The notes under the pieces are model-generated. The model was given only the letters and a program-made list of their open reading frames with translations, was not told the origin of the DNA and made no database searches. A stretch of DNA of 64,000 bases from an uncultured Nitrososphaerota archaeon (GTDB lineage: Archaea > Thermoproteota > Nitrososphaeria > Nitrososphaerales > CADDZS01): positions 832,001 through 896,000 of the forward strand of contig CAWCYI010000004.1 in the NCBI GenBank assembly GCA_963799845.1, read 5' to 3'. The position numbers and the translations under genes were made by a program. Shown here piece after piece: positions 1-11,065 of the stretch; position 1 is the stretch's first letter; every line of letters starts with the position of its first letter.

Positions 1-1218
1 AATACGACCTTCCTGCCGGGTCTTGTATCCATTACGGCGCAGAGTCCAGGTTTCTTGGCGGATACTGCCAACCTTCTTTCCTTCGGCGCGATACCTGATA
101 CCATCAGCTTGCAATTCGCGCCCGCCACTTTGATTTCAGATGGAAGCAGGTACAACTCTGTCGTCGTCGGCTTGATTAATTCTGGAACCGGAGGTCCCGC
201 GATTGCTCCGCTGCCCACGATAGTCGATCTCTCGAGCAATTCCAGTTCGGCAGGCGTGATTCAGAGTTCCGTTACAATCCCCGCAGGTGCGACCTATGCC
301 AGGGCAGAATTTACTACATCCGGTCTCCCGGGCAACGTACAGGTTATCGCGACCGCTTCGAATTACAATTCTTCAACGCAAACTCTAACCCTGGTGACCC
401 CAGGCGCCACGAACTTAGGGCTGTACGCGGCTCCGTACTATGTGCTCGCCGACGGAGGATCCTACCAGAATGTAGCGGTCCAACTACAGGATTCAAATCG
501 GAATCCCGTTAAGACTAGCATACCGGTGTCCATTCAATTGGATTGTCAATCAGCAGCCTACTGCAGCGTTCCGCCCAGCGTCACGATCATGCCGGGCGAG
601 ACCTTTGCTGTTTTCCCGGTCAACACGACTACCACGCCGGCCGCCTTCAATGTGTCAGCCTTTGCAGTGGGCCTCAGACCAGGATCAGTGCGGATGAACA
701 GTACGTTAGAAGCCCTGCAGGCTAACATCACACTTGACACATCCAAACTGCTACCAAACGGGCAGACCCAAGCGACAATCACGGTAGAATCAAATGGACT
801 TTTGATAGCTAACGCGAACGTAAAGTGGGTCCAATCAAGCGACACGCAATTTGTTTCTGTGCAAAACCAGACAGACTCGAATGGAGTTGCGACTGCAATA
901 GTCGAAGGCGGGCTTTTGGCAGGGACTTTCCAAGTTCAAGCGGTTGTGCAAAAAGCCGGATATACGGACTACCTTGCCTCAACCGGCCTGACCATAGCAC
1001 CGCCGGTGCCGGTTCAGAGCAACGGAATCTACGGGAAATACCTCTTTCTTCCAAAATGGGCTTGGATCCTGATTGTGGTCGCTGCCGCAGCCGCGGCGGG
1101 TGTGGTCGTTGTTTGGAGACGAAGAAGACCGGCAACAATCTTCGAAGAGGAAAGGCTGGAAATGCCGCCGGTCCCGATTGCTGAGGGTTCGGGAGACACA
1201 AACCCCTATTCACTATAA
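1..1218 (+). CDS. Invasin/Ig-like repeat cell-surface protein with C-terminal membrane anchor (5' truncated by window edge)
   Basis: Frame is open from base 1 (NTTFLPGLVSITAQSPG...). Beta-rich repeats, a Big_1-like TDSNGVATA segment, and a C-terminal TM followed by RRRR. Clear paralog of 29694..32321. Confidence 0.8.
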   Translation, partial: NTTFLPGLVSITAQSPGFLADTANLLSFGAIPDTISLQFAPATLISDGSRYNSVVVGLINSGTGGPAIAPLPTIVDLSSNSSSAGVIQSSVTIPAGATYARAEFTTSGLPGNVQVIATASNYNSSTQTLTLVTPGATNLGLYAAPYYVLADGGSYQNVAVQLQDSNRNPVKTSIPVSIQLDCQSAAYCSVPPSVTIMPGETFAVFPVNTTTTPAAFNVSAFAVGLRPGSVRMNSTLEALQANITLDTSKLLPNGQTQATITVESNGLLIANANVKWVQSSDTQFVSVQNQTDSNGVATAIVEGGLLAGTFQVQAVVQKAGYTDYLASTGLTIAPPVPVQSNGIYGKYLFLPKWAWILIVVAAAAAAGVVVVWRRRRPATIFEEERLEMPPVPIAEGSGDTNPYSL

Positions 1219-1457
1219 GCCAACAACTTACAAAATAATACCGCCGAAAAAGGAAGCTGGCATATCACAAGTCGAAATGGCGAGACGATAGAACTCTGAC
1301 CTTGTGAAAGTCCTCGCAATACCCTCGTTCCCGAATGTAACGACTAAAGAAGAGGTCGAAATACGGGCAAGAAAGGAATTCGAGAGGATCCCAGAATTAG
1401 GCTATGGCTACAAGATTCGAGGGAATCTTTGAAGTGCCAAGAAGAGGAGACAGAAGA

Positions 1458-1925
1458 ATGAGCAAGAAAACTTTGTCAGATATAACTGGGGCATCTCTGC
1501 TGACTGTTGGCGCGTATTTCTTTATCGTTCCTGTTATCTGTGTGGACATTCTACCGTTCATTAATGGTAATGCAATCTTTTTTCGCCTTGACAGCCCAAT
1601 ACTCCAGATTGAATATGAATTTGGTATAACGTCGATTGGTATTATCGCAGCAACAGGACTTTTGGCAATGTTGTCAGGTTTGATCATTGTAAGGCACAAT
1701 CTCTTGGAAACAGTACTTCTTGTTGCGCCGACGATAATATTCATCTTTTCACTAGACTTTGTTACACTGGATCCTACTCAATTCAATCTGCAAGTGATTT
1801 ATTGGTTTACACAGGTTCATCTAGCATGGATTACTAATGGACTGATGATGTATGTATCTGCGATATGGCTCATTGTAGGATGTATTGTTTTCATATTAAA
1901 ACGAGGGAGATTAATAACGAATTGA
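1458..1925 (+). CDS. Hypothetical multi-pass membrane protein
   Basis: About four hydrophobic segments; ATG at 1458 (MSKKTL) preferred over 1404. Confidence 0.6.
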   Translation: MSKKTLSDITGASLLTVGAYFFIVPVICVDILPFINGNAIFFRLDSPILQIEYEFGITSIGIIAATGLLAMLSGLIIVRHNLLETVLLVAPTIIFIFSLDFVTLDPTQFNLQVIYWFTQVHLAWITNGLMMYVSAIWLIVGCIVFILKRGRLITN

Positions 1926-2431
1926 CAGAGCAATACGAAAAATTCGAATGCTGTACAAATCTGGACGCGAACATCAGAATTAGAAGTTAACGGTAATGTC
2001 TGAAGATGAAGAGGAGAATGAGATCGAATGGATACACGCACGATGGTACAGACTTGTTGCAAAGTCCCAGAAGCTCACTCAAAAGAGGCTCTTCGGGATA
2101 AGATCTTCTACCATATCGCAATTTCTCATTTAAGGGTTCGAGAATCTTGACAGGAGGCATGAAAAAAGTTCCGCACAAGTTTTTCAATTAAACTAAAAGC
2201 AAATCCTTTCACACTCCCTGTAGCAGATCTACTCTAGGCAAAGCGCTTCCTGCAAAAGTATCAACGGTGTTAGACGGAGTTAATGATTTCTTAATCTAAA
2301 GTCAAGCCAGTGGACTGATCGTCATGAGTGATTGGGAAATAACTCCAAGAATATGACTTTATTCAGTACATTCGGCTGTCGATCTAACCAGTTATGAAAA
2401 AGAAGGCCGGTCACCCCCAAAATCCCGTCAC

Positions 2432-2450
2432 TATATCGTAGTCCGATACA
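2432..2450. promoter_or_regulatory. Putative operator palindrome TATCG-N5-CGATA upstream of the PadR gene
   Basis: tatatcgtagtccgataca about 33 bp before the ATG at 2483; a related site lies at 14769..14787. Confidence 0.45.
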
Positions 2451-2482
2451 CTAAAATCCCGCTGAATGAACTCCCTTGGCCT

Positions 2483-2833
2483 ATGAATCGTCACAGGTTG
2501 CGACCCGCCGGGCCAACGGCAAAACAAGGTTATCGAGATACAAAGTTACGGCTGGTCGATTCGCAAGTGCTTCTGGCTTTGAGAACGAAGCCGCATACGC
2601 TTTACTCGCTGTCGAGGTCCAATATTGATATTTTTGGCCGGGCGATAATGTCAACCGGCATTCTCCATCCCCACCTCATGAAATTGGAGAGCATGGGTTT
2701 CATAAGGGGATACACAAAGATGCACAAGCGAAGGTACACCCGAATCTACAAGGTAACGAACAAGGGTCGCGCCGAACTGGGTCGGCAGGTCAAACTCTTC
2801 AGTAGAACTCTAATGAAATTGAAAGCCGTCTAG
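2483..2833 (+). CDS. PadR-family winged-helix transcriptional regulator
   Basis: STGILHPHLMKLESMGFI...RIYKVTNKGRAEL matches the PadR pattern. Confidence 0.8.
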   Translation: MNRHRLRPAGPTAKQGYRDTKLRLVDSQVLLALRTKPHTLYSLSRSNIDIFGRAIMSTGILHPHLMKLESMGFIRGYTKMHKRRYTRIYKVTNKGRAELGRQVKLFSRTLMKLKAV

Positions 2834-2925
2834 TAGTGCAATTTTTCGCGCGCGTACATCCAAGGTCATACTAGAATCAACAACTTGGCAGGTCGATTGA
2901 TGCCCAAAAGCGATCGGGCAACTTT

Positions 2926-3438
2926 GTGCATTATATTAGAGCAGATTGCTCAAAAGATCTAGATTTCTTCCACCTATCCAAGACGGAGCCAAAGTTAATC
3001 AGATCCATATGGCCCGGCATTGCAAGTCTGCAGGGAGGAAAAGTTTTCTTGTATCCCATTCTTGAACGACTTCGCCCTTTTTCAAGAGACCGGTTTTTCC
3101 TCTATTCGCTCGCTTCGACGCTCGTGTTAAATTTCATCGCGGTCACCCTAACCTGGTTTGTAGTATTTTCCTGGAACGCAGGGTACGAATATAGCCCGGT
3201 CTCGCTGTGGCAGCTTTCCAGCTTTGGTCCTGTAATTACTCTGGTCGTGACCCAACTCACCTTGACGGGAGTGTTCCTGATGGTGAAAATTGGCTTTTCG
3301 CGGATTGCAAGGCAAAGACCCAACACCCAAAGTTATTCAACGATTGCAAGGATGGTTTTGTCCGTAATTCTTGCAATAATTGCGGTTGATGCTCTAAATG
3401 ATATTTCCAATTTCATCGTCCTGCTCCACATACTCTAA
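2926..3438 (+). CDS. Small membrane protein, DUF5658-like (start uncertain, possibly about 3049)
   Basis: Three TM segments, with TLTW...GYEYSPV resembling the T..E.NP pattern. Confidence 0.5.
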   Translation: MHYIRADCSKDLDFFHLSKTEPKLIRSIWPGIASLQGGKVFLYPILERLRPFSRDRFFLYSLASTLVLNFIAVTLTWFVVFSWNAGYEYSPVSLWQLSSFGPVITLVVTQLTLTGVFLMVKIGFSRIARQRPNTQSYSTIARMVLSVILAIIAVDALNDISNFIVLLHIL

Positions 3439-3582
3439 CCCCAGGGAGTTGGGGCCGTGCCATGTCACGCGCTAACGTGAGAATTACTTTTGAAATAATG
3501 TGCATTTGTCATGACACCGTCGAGGGATAAGCCCGTGTCTATTCATTTCATACTTAAATAGTTCAAATGCTCATATGCTCAT

Positions 3583-3879
3583 ATGGGCATTAAGGTCGAT
3601 CTGGACGAGGATCTCGAAAGGGAGTTTCGGGAGCTCGCGATGAAGAGATTCGGTTATTCAAAGGGCTCGATCAAGAAAGCTACCGAAAGTGCTATTCGCC
3701 AGTGGACAGCCACGGAATTGCAGATAAAGCCAAGTTCTATGGAAAGAAAGAAACAGAACAAGTCCGGAGTGGATCTTCTGACCGGCCTGTTGAAGGATGT
3801 CAAGCACAAGAGCTCAGTGGTAGAGCAGCATGAAATAAGAAAGCTCTGGATGAGGTCTGCAGAGGAAGGCCACAGGTAA
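3583..3879 (+). CDS. vapB: Antitoxin, ribbon-helix-helix-like
   Basis: 98-aa charged protein ending 2 bp before a PIN gene; N-terminal IKVDLDEDLEREFR. Confidence 0.7.
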   Translation: MGIKVDLDEDLEREFRELAMKRFGYSKGSIKKATESAIRQWTATELQIKPSSMERKKQNKSGVDLLTGLLKDVKHKSSVVEQHEIRKLWMRSAEEGHR

Positions 3880-3881
3880 AA

Positions 3882-4349
3882 ATGCAGTCATCCTCTCGGC
3901 CGCTATACTTCATAGACACGAACGTTTTCCTTGAACTCGAGTTTCAGGATGCGAGATGGGAAGAGAGCAGGGGATTCTTGAAGATGGTGGAAACGGGAGA
4001 GGTCATTGCTTGCACTTCAGATTTTGTTGTCTACGGTGCGATTCTAGAGATTGAAGCAAAGACTAGAAAGAGATCAGAGTTAAAGATAGAGACTTTTCTC
4101 GATGCTCTTTCATCTCTAAGCGGGCTCTCGATTTTGAGACCAACAATCAAAGAGATGAAAGATGCAGCAAAATTCGTGTCGAGCCGGAAATTGGATTTTG
4201 ATGATGCTTACGTGGTGTCATGCATGACTGCCAACGAGATAACTAGCATAGTTTCTTTTGACAGACATTTTGATAATCTGGAAGAAGTCAGGAGGCTAGA
4301 GCCGATTGAAATTCTTAGGGCTGTGGAATCAGACGAGGAAAATCATTGA
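3882..4349 (+). CDS. vapC: PIN-domain toxin (VapC)
   Basis: FIDTNVFLE, LDFDDAY and IVSFDRHFD acidic PIN motifs. Confidence 0.9.
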   Translation: MQSSSRPLYFIDTNVFLELEFQDARWEESRGFLKMVETGEVIACTSDFVVYGAILEIEAKTRKRSELKIETFLDALSSLSGLSILRPTIKEMKDAAKFVSSRKLDFDDAYVVSCMTANEITSIVSFDRHFDNLEEVRRLEPIEILRAVESDEENH

Positions 4350-4484
4350 ACACCAGCAACCGGGTAGAGCTCGGTCATAAGGCCTTAAAGTATCGCGTTG
4401 CCGCGTCTTGAAAATTGAAATGGTTTTCTGGCCGATCCGTACAGCCACCGATCAGAATGGATTTCGGACATTATTCTGATTTTT

Positions 4485-4935
4485 TTACCAAAGTCGCATG
4501 ACCAACAAGGGTATGTTGTGGAGCAAAACTATAGCCGTAAAATAGATCCGCGACTATCAGGCCGATGATCGCCGCCAATTTTACCTGTCTTATTTCGACC
4601 GGCTGGGCTAGAGGTTGATTTCCCTCCTTCAGCAGCAGAGGGTAGATGATTACCAGGGCAGGGATTACCTTGAGGACGAGCGTTGAAAAGACAAACCCGG
4701 GGATTCCGCCGCCGAAGAGAAGGGCCGCTACGCGGTTCAGCTCATAGAACGAGTCCTGGAAGACAGTCATCGCGATGAGCGTCGACGCAATGTCCAGTAT
4801 GCTCAGGATGATGAACAGAGCGAAAAGGCTTCGGAGGGCTCTATCCAGCTGGCGGAGGTCGAGAGCGGAGAGCCACTTCTTGTCCCGCTCGTTGAGCCGA
4901 TGAATCCTTTCAAAGTAATTGACCAAGAGTTGCAA
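4485..4935 (-). CDS. DUF5658-like membrane protein (probable +1 indel near 4532)
   Basis: LDIASTLIA...FYELNRVAA motif. Removing one base near 4532 gives a hydrophobic end YGIVLLHNIPLLVMRLW* with the stop at 4485. Confidence 0.6.
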
Positions 4936-5326
4936 AAAAACCTCTGGCAGTCTCAGACCAAAACACGGAAAAAAAGACCATTAAAGTTGATGGATCCGTG
5001 ATGTGATTGCTTGAGTCCATAAGACTTGATCTATGAACAGGCAAGAATGAACCAGAGAACGATCAAGACTTATCAATTTTGAAATTAATTTCTTCGTCAA
5101 GATCTATCGTATCAATCTTCAGGACTTAGGCGGTCTCCTCCAGCTCTAGTTGCTTGATGATAAGATATTCAAGAAAGGCCGCGCAAATATTTGCACTTCG
5201 TTTGATGATCGACGAAACGAGAATGTTCTCCAATTTTGGAGAAATCATTCAGTAATTTCAATATGAAAATTTGAAACGCCGACAAAGCATAACTAATTGG
5301 GGCACGATGAGAATGGGAGTAATTAG

Positions 5327-5923
5327 TTGGCAACTTTTAGGACTATGGCCCTCGCCCTGACAGTGTTCATCGCGGCTATAGTCGCATCCGCCATAGTCGT
5401 CAGTTCTTCCGCCAGCCCGACCGCGACGTCGGTAGGAGAGGCGTCCGCCACTACGCAGACTTCGATTGTGATCCAGACCGTCAATCTCACCAGAAGCCTA
5501 ACAACTGTTGTTCCAGAGACGACTTTTACAACCGCTCGCGTGACATCTACCGTCCTAAATTATTCCAATATCGTTAGATCGTTCAATTCAACTTTTGTCT
5601 CGACGGACGTCACCACGACGACTAGCAGCCAGACAACATATTACACGAGCAACGTCTTCTACCTCACGACTGAAACGCAGATAGTCTACACCACAAATGG
5701 TTCAGGAAGTAGTGCAGGTGTTGCTACTGTAACAACGACAATCACGACAACTAGATACCCAAGTTCAGCTTTCATCTCAACAGCTACGGTAACGAAGACA
5801 GTCCCTGACACTACGATTACCTCCACAGCTACTGTGTCTCAAATCACGACGACAACTGTTGCAAGTACTACTGTGACTGAGACGACGACGTGCGCTCGAA
5901 ATGGACCACCGCCAAAATGTTGA
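5327..5923 (+). CDS. Secreted Thr/Ser-rich mucin-like protein
   Basis: N-terminal hydrophobic signal, very Thr-rich body, C-terminal CARNGPPPKC. Confidence 0.7.
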   Translation: MATFRTMALALTVFIAAIVASAIVVSSSASPTATSVGEASATTQTSIVIQTVNLTRSLTTVVPETTFTTARVTSTVLNYSNIVRSFNSTFVSTDVTTTTSSQTTYYTSNVFYLTTETQIVYTTNGSGSSAGVATVTTTITTTRYPSSAFISTATVTKTVPDTTITSTATVSQITTTTVASTTVTETTTCARNGPPPKC

Positions 5924-5982
5924 TCGCAGTTCAAACTTTACTTTGAGTGTGTTGAAGCTGGTAGACAAAGAGTCCTAATTCT

Positions 5983-6297
5983 TCAGATGCCTTTCGCGAT
6001 GTTCCTCTTTTTTGTGACTTCCCGCTGATAGAGCGGACATTTAGCGCATCCCATCGATTCCATCTCAGTGATGCTTTGAATCCTTATGAACTCGGATACA
6101 TCTGTACCCATTTCCCTTATCAGTTGATCTAAGGCTTCGTCGTAAATCTTCCAGATTTCCGTGGAAGACGTAACCTTCTGAACTCTCAGATCGCGTTTCC
6201 TGAATATTCGAAAAAGAGAACCTTCCAGACATATGGGGAACCCATGTCTTTTACAGTCCCTTATTCTAGATACAACGGCTCCATCCAAAACGAACAA
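5983..6297 (-). CDS. Hypothetical protein with C-terminal CxxC
   Basis: 104-aa ORF with protein-like composition (GCAKCPLY); start uncertain. Confidence 0.4.
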   Translation of the reverse strand: MFVLDGAVVSRIRDCKRHGFPICLEGSLFRIFRKRDLRVQKVTSSTEIWKIYDEALDQLIREMGTDVSEFIRIQSITEMESMGCAKCPLYQREVTKKRNIAKGI

Positions 6298-6516
6298 GGT
6301 CGGAAAATATTGGATCTCGTTGGATATTGAGTTGAACCCGAACGTATACGTGAATCATAGAACTGGATTGCCAGTAGGTTAGTGCACTGGTAAACTTCCT
6401 AAGAGAAATCAGGACAAATCTCGGGAATCTCCAAACAGGCTGTTTTGCATGGATTAGCCGGAAAATTCGAGCATACTCTTTTTAACATGGGGGGCTCTTC
6501 CGCGAGTCGTACCAAA

Positions 6517-7134
6517 ATGTCACAAGTCCAGAAATGGCACATGAAGGGAGATTTCTTTGACAGCTGTTCCTGCGAAGTCTCGTGTCCCTGCAACTGGTCG
6601 TCTCCTCCGACCGGGAATCACTGCATTGGGGCCGTGGCGATTCACGTCCGGGACGGAAAGTATGGGGACACAAAGCTCGATGATTTGAGCATCGTCCTAG
6701 TCGTTGACCTTGGAGAAGGCGTCATCTGGAAGGGTGGTTGGAGAGCGGGAGTGATATTTGATGAAAAAGCCAATCCGAGCCAGCGTGATGCGCTAGCAAC
6801 AATAATGACCGGGAAAGCTGGCGGAGCTCCAGCGATGATCGCCTCTCTGATAAAGGAAATGGTGGGCGTGGAATTTGCCCCGATCAGTTTCCATTACAGC
6901 AAGGACGGCTGGGGTGTGTCGGTGGGCGGGGGCAAGGTCGAAGTTCAGACCGAAGCTACGAAGGATTCTAATGGAAACATCACGCAGATTCATAACGCGC
7001 CGGTTGTGGAGACGGGAACCGGGCCGATAACCTCTGGAAAGGCAAAGAGTTCTACGGTTAGGGCGTTCGGATGGACGTGGGACCTGACCGGCAAGAGCAG
7101 CAAGCACGAACCCGTTGACTGGAAGGGCCCGTGA
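6517..7134 (+). CDS. DUF1326 family protein
   Basis: WHMKGDFFDSCSCEVSCPC...PT..HC signature; ATG at 6517. Confidence 0.85.
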   Translation: MSQVQKWHMKGDFFDSCSCEVSCPCNWSSPPTGNHCIGAVAIHVRDGKYGDTKLDDLSIVLVVDLGEGVIWKGGWRAGVIFDEKANPSQRDALATIMTGKAGGAPAMIASLIKEMVGVEFAPISFHYSKDGWGVSVGGGKVEVQTEATKDSNGNITQIHNAPVVETGTGPITSGKAKSSTVRAFGWTWDLTGKSSKHEPVDWKGP

Positions 7135-7172
7135 CTGACTAGTCAAAGTAATTAGATCGGCCGAGTGATCTT

Positions 7173-7982
7173 ATGACTGAAACCCGCAAACCGTTTTTTG
7201 TCCCCGACAGGCTTGCGATTTCTGTAGCAGCAGCTCTATTGACCCTAGCCGCGGTCTCCTGGTTGGCATCCTACTATCTCATGCCTCTCATGGCCGGTGC
7301 CGGCATGATGTCGATGGGAGTTGCGGGCATCGTTTCGTCCCTCTCTTTTTCTTCGGTAGGCATCTTTGAAATCGTCTGGGTCATAGGGATGGCGGCGATG
7401 ATGTTTCCCGCGATGATTCCGATAGTTTTGTTTTACAACAAGGTTGCAACTAAGCAGGAGTCAAATCCGTTCCTGGCGAGGGTCGTGGGGACGCCCCTCT
7501 TCCTGAGCGGGTACCTGATAATGTACGCAGTTTTGGGTATCGGAGCTTACCTTGCTGTTTACGAAGGCATCAACCTTTCAATGGGTTTCTCCGATTTGGC
7601 GACACTCGCGATTCTCGCTTCCAGTGCCATCTTGATCATCACTGGGGTCTACCAGTTTACTCCGCTTAAATCGCGATGCCTGTCAAATTGTGCTTCGCCG
7701 ATCGGTTTCTTTGCGGTCCATCTCCAGAAGGGAATGGTCGGGAGCGTTCGAATGGGCCTGAGGCACGGAATCTACTGCGTCGGATGCTGCTGGGCATTCA
7801 TGCTGGTTATGCTCGCCGTTGGGGCGATGAGCATTCCAGTAATGGCGGTACTGGCTGGAGTAATAGCCGTCGAAAAAGTCGTCGTGCGGGGAGCTGCGTG
7901 GTTCAACGCGCTCATTGCGGGGGCATTCATTGCACTGGGCGTAGCTGTGCTGATATTTCCGAGCATTCTGGCTCATATCTGA
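7173..7982 (+). CDS. DUF2182 predicted metal-binding integral membrane protein
   Basis: MAAMMFP, YQFTPLKSRCLSNC and GIYCVGCCWAFM motifs; usual partner of DUF1326. Confidence 0.9.
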   Translation: MTETRKPFFVPDRLAISVAAALLTLAAVSWLASYYLMPLMAGAGMMSMGVAGIVSSLSFSSVGIFEIVWVIGMAAMMFPAMIPIVLFYNKVATKQESNPFLARVVGTPLFLSGYLIMYAVLGIGAYLAVYEGINLSMGFSDLATLAILASSAILIITGVYQFTPLKSRCLSNCASPIGFFAVHLQKGMVGSVRMGLRHGIYCVGCCWAFMLVMLAVGAMSIPVMAVLAGVIAVEKVVVRGAAWFNALIAGAFIALGVAVLIFPSILAHI

Positions 7983-8092
7983 GAATTGCTTATGCATCTT
8001 CAGATCTGTGGAGGGCGAGATAACGTGTCACGATTTTGTACCCAAGAAGCCAATTTCATGTTTGAGAATCGTCTTCAGAATTTAATATATGG

Positions 8093-9112
8093 TTGACAAA
8101 AGCGCTTGAACCCGTGGTAAATACGAGCACGGGCTTTCCTCCTAACAGAACCCGCAAACGGTACGCTGTTTCCAACTCCGTCATGCTTGCCCTCTTCGCG
8201 ATAATTGTCATCATTGTTGCAGGCGTAGCTGTCCTGGGTTATAACTTTGGAAGCACTCAGGCAAACCAGTCACTGGTAAATTCTCTTCAGAGTCAGGTCA
8301 GCACCATTAGCAACCAGCTAAAGTCGCAGGGGAGTAACCTATCTTTGGTCCAGGCAAAACTATCGTCTTTACCAGAGGAGAACCAGAAGCCCCAAGTCAG
8401 GAATATCAAGGTCGACTGGAGCAATACTGAAAATTCTGGTCAGGATAGATTCTACGTTCCTACCATCACGGTAAACCAGGGAGACACGATTGTGATCACC
8501 TTCGTCAGCAACGACACGGACGCGCATACCTTTACTCTGGAATCTCCTTATGACTTCCAGATCAACGCCACGGTTCCCGGGACTCTTGATTACCTGAAGA
8601 ACGAGACGCCTTTCACTACGAACGCCACAAACAACTCGCCCGGCGTGAAGGTGTTCGGAACTCCGGGTAACGTCACCGGGACTGGATCATTTGTTGCAAA
8701 ATACGCGGGAATTTTCGAATACTTTTGCATTTACCATGTAGCGCTAGGGATGTTCGGCTATCTAACGGTGCTGCCGAACGAGGCCTACTCAAATTCATAT
8801 CTGAGCAACTCGACCGCTATATCAGGAACAGTAACTCCGGTCAGCATAGCTTCCGGCGCTGCTGCCAATCCCAATTCCAGCGGATTCACCCCGAGTGTGA
8901 TCACGGTTGTTATAGGAGTCAACAACACCATACAGTGGACTAACAACGATTCCGTGCCACACACGGTAACTGCGGACGATGGTTCGTTCAGCTCCGGGAA
9001 CTTGAATCCAAGTGACGAATTCACGTGGACTTTCACAACTGCCGGCAATTACGCGTATCACTGCAGCTACCACCCCTGGATGAAAGCGACCATCATAGTA
9101 AAGTCGGGATAA
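8093..9112 (+). CDS. Membrane-anchored protein with two cupredoxin (blue copper) domains
   Basis: N-terminal TM and coiled coil; two type-1 Cu ligand sets: DAHTF...CIYHVALGM and PHTV...CSYHPWM. Confidence 0.85.
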   Translation: MTKALEPVVNTSTGFPPNRTRKRYAVSNSVMLALFAIIVIIVAGVAVLGYNFGSTQANQSLVNSLQSQVSTISNQLKSQGSNLSLVQAKLSSLPEENQKPQVRNIKVDWSNTENSGQDRFYVPTITVNQGDTIVITFVSNDTDAHTFTLESPYDFQINATVPGTLDYLKNETPFTTNATNNSPGVKVFGTPGNVTGTGSFVAKYAGIFEYFCIYHVALGMFGYLTVLPNEAYSNSYLSNSTAISGTVTPVSIASGAAANPNSSGFTPSVITVVIGVNNTIQWTNNDSVPHTVTADDGSFSSGNLNPSDEFTWTFTTAGNYAYHCSYHPWMKATIIVKSG

Positions 9113-9306
9113 CTGATCTGGGTATGGGTGGATCTATGGACTAGTTAGCTTCGAACACACCCGGGTTCCTTAATCTTAATTCCACAAGCGTTATGCGGCA
9201 ATCTGCCATTTTAGAAATAATCCATTCGAGGGAATTTTGGAAAATGTAGAGCCGGGATATATATCCGGCAGCCACCCTTGATTGCAAAGAGGAGTTCTAA
9301 GCACAC

Positions 9307-9636
9307 TTGGAAATGTATGATTTACTTCAGTGCGTGGATCGGGGACTGGATGCATTCGGCACAAACATGAAACAGGCAGTGTACTGGACGCTAATGTCCA
9401 AGGAAGCTATATCGTCTGACAGAATACTTGCAAATCCGGAAGCATTCGTTAGCGCGCTAAAGGAAATATTTGGTAACGGGTACCATCTTGCAGAGAGATC
9501 TATCGTCAGAGAAATGAAGAAAACTTTTGAACTCAACAAACCCGCGAGCGCTTACACCATCTTGGGGGCATTTGAGATCGTCAGTAAGGACATTACCAAT
9601 GTTGCAGATCCTGTAATACTAACGCAGACACAATAA
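9307..9636 (+). CDS. DUF3227/NitrOD5-like small archaeal protein
   Basis: GLDAFG...AVYW.L...ILANPEAFVSALKEIFG...ERSIVREM pattern. Confidence 0.65.
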   Translation: MEMYDLLQCVDRGLDAFGTNMKQAVYWTLMSKEAISSDRILANPEAFVSALKEIFGNGYHLAERSIVREMKKTFELNKPASAYTILGAFEIVSKDITNVADPVILTQTQ

Positions 9637-10261
9637 CCGCCATCAAAGTTACTAAGAACAGATTTAGAGCAGCCTGTGTGCTCATTTCTTCGTCCAGAGT
9701 TCTGCGTTGAGCTCCTTGATAGAATTTCTTTCTATTGTTCTCTAATCGATAAATATGAACCGTTCAGTCAACTAGTGGAGCGTCGGAGAAATTCGAGTAA
9801 TTATTCACATCGAAATTCTCGCAATATCCCAACGCTTTGTTCTTGTTCAGATGTGGGAGTCTCGCGGAAACTATCCTGCCACACGTGAGACACTGATATT
9901 TCAAAACCTGTTGCGCTCCTAAATAATTGGCGGGAAGTCCTAAAAAGAGTTCTCAGTATCGGTCCATCCAGAAATCATCGGACACCCGATATTACTCCGA
10001 AAATGGCGACTCGAAAGTGCTGAGTTTCGATATGATGTACAAACCCGACATGCAAAATCTGAATAATTTTTCACAGATTGAGATCATACATTGAGGAAAA
10101 AGGCCTAGTGGTCTGAAACTCAAGTTGGTAATGGTTTTGCAATCGAAATCATTCCCCAACCATCAGAATCCAACTCTCAAACCCGTTCGTGAATAAAATT
10201 CTTGAGTCTGGGTAGAGGACTCTTCGGGTTCTTCTAAAGGCATAGATTCCGCCAACACAAC

Positions 10262-10976
10262 ATGAAAACAAAACTAGCTCTGATCTCAACGTTAGCCGTA
10301 CTAGTAATTCTGTCTTCAGTAAGCGTCGCATCCGCGGATAAATCGATCTCAATGGTCGGGTCGCAGTGGGCCGTCTTCGAACAGACCACACTGCCAAATG
10401 GCAATTTACTATTCTCTCCAGCGGCCCATGCCGACACTATCCCTTCGGGGGGAGTCCAGTTTTCAATGCCAGACGCTACCGCGTCCAGTCCTGCATACGT
10501 GAATTATCTGCTCGATACTTTCAACGTCGCCCTAACTGAGACAAATACAATAAGCGCTACGATAAATGTTATGACAAGTTCTCCGACAACAGACTTTTGT
10601 AGGCAATCCTGATGGGATCATTCCAGGAACATCCGTAAGGCTCTTTATCCAAGCCAATCTTCCCAACGATCACAGCGCTTCTATCTGCGGAATCGACAAG
10701 AACGTCAATAACTACTGGTGGGCAGATGATGCTTCCTATACTTTCGCCACAGGTCTAAGTGGTACTATCACACTAACTGCATCTCTTGGTGGAGCTTGGA
10801 GCAACATATGCGGGCAAGTTAGCAGTTCTAATCAGGCTGCGTTCGATTCAGCTATAGCGAGCATACACTTAATCGGATTGTCGTTCGGTAGCGGATACTT
10901 CTACTCCAACGGCCTGGGCGTAGACGGAACAACTGGAAGCGCAACCTTCCAGCTTGTCAGCTACTCAATCACCTAG
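10262..10976 (+). CDS. Secreted protein, split by a +1 indel near 10597
   Basis: Signal peptide MKTKLAL...; a second frame continues FVGNPDG...VRLFIQ...NYWWAD...GLSFGSGYFYSNG...YSIT* to 10976. Confidence 0.7.
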
Positions 10977-10987
10977 CGCAAGAAATT

Positions 10988-11017
10988 GGGAGCGCAAGCT
11001 CCCTTCCTTTTGTTTTT
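10988..11017 (+). terminator. Hairpin plus T-tract terminator
   Basis: GGGAGC-GCAA-GCTCCC followed by TTCCTTTTGTTTTT just after the stop at 10976. Confidence 0.7.
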
Positions 11018-11065
11018 AAGTGCTAAGGCACTGTTGCCTGCATGAGTCATTACCCTGTACTAGAG

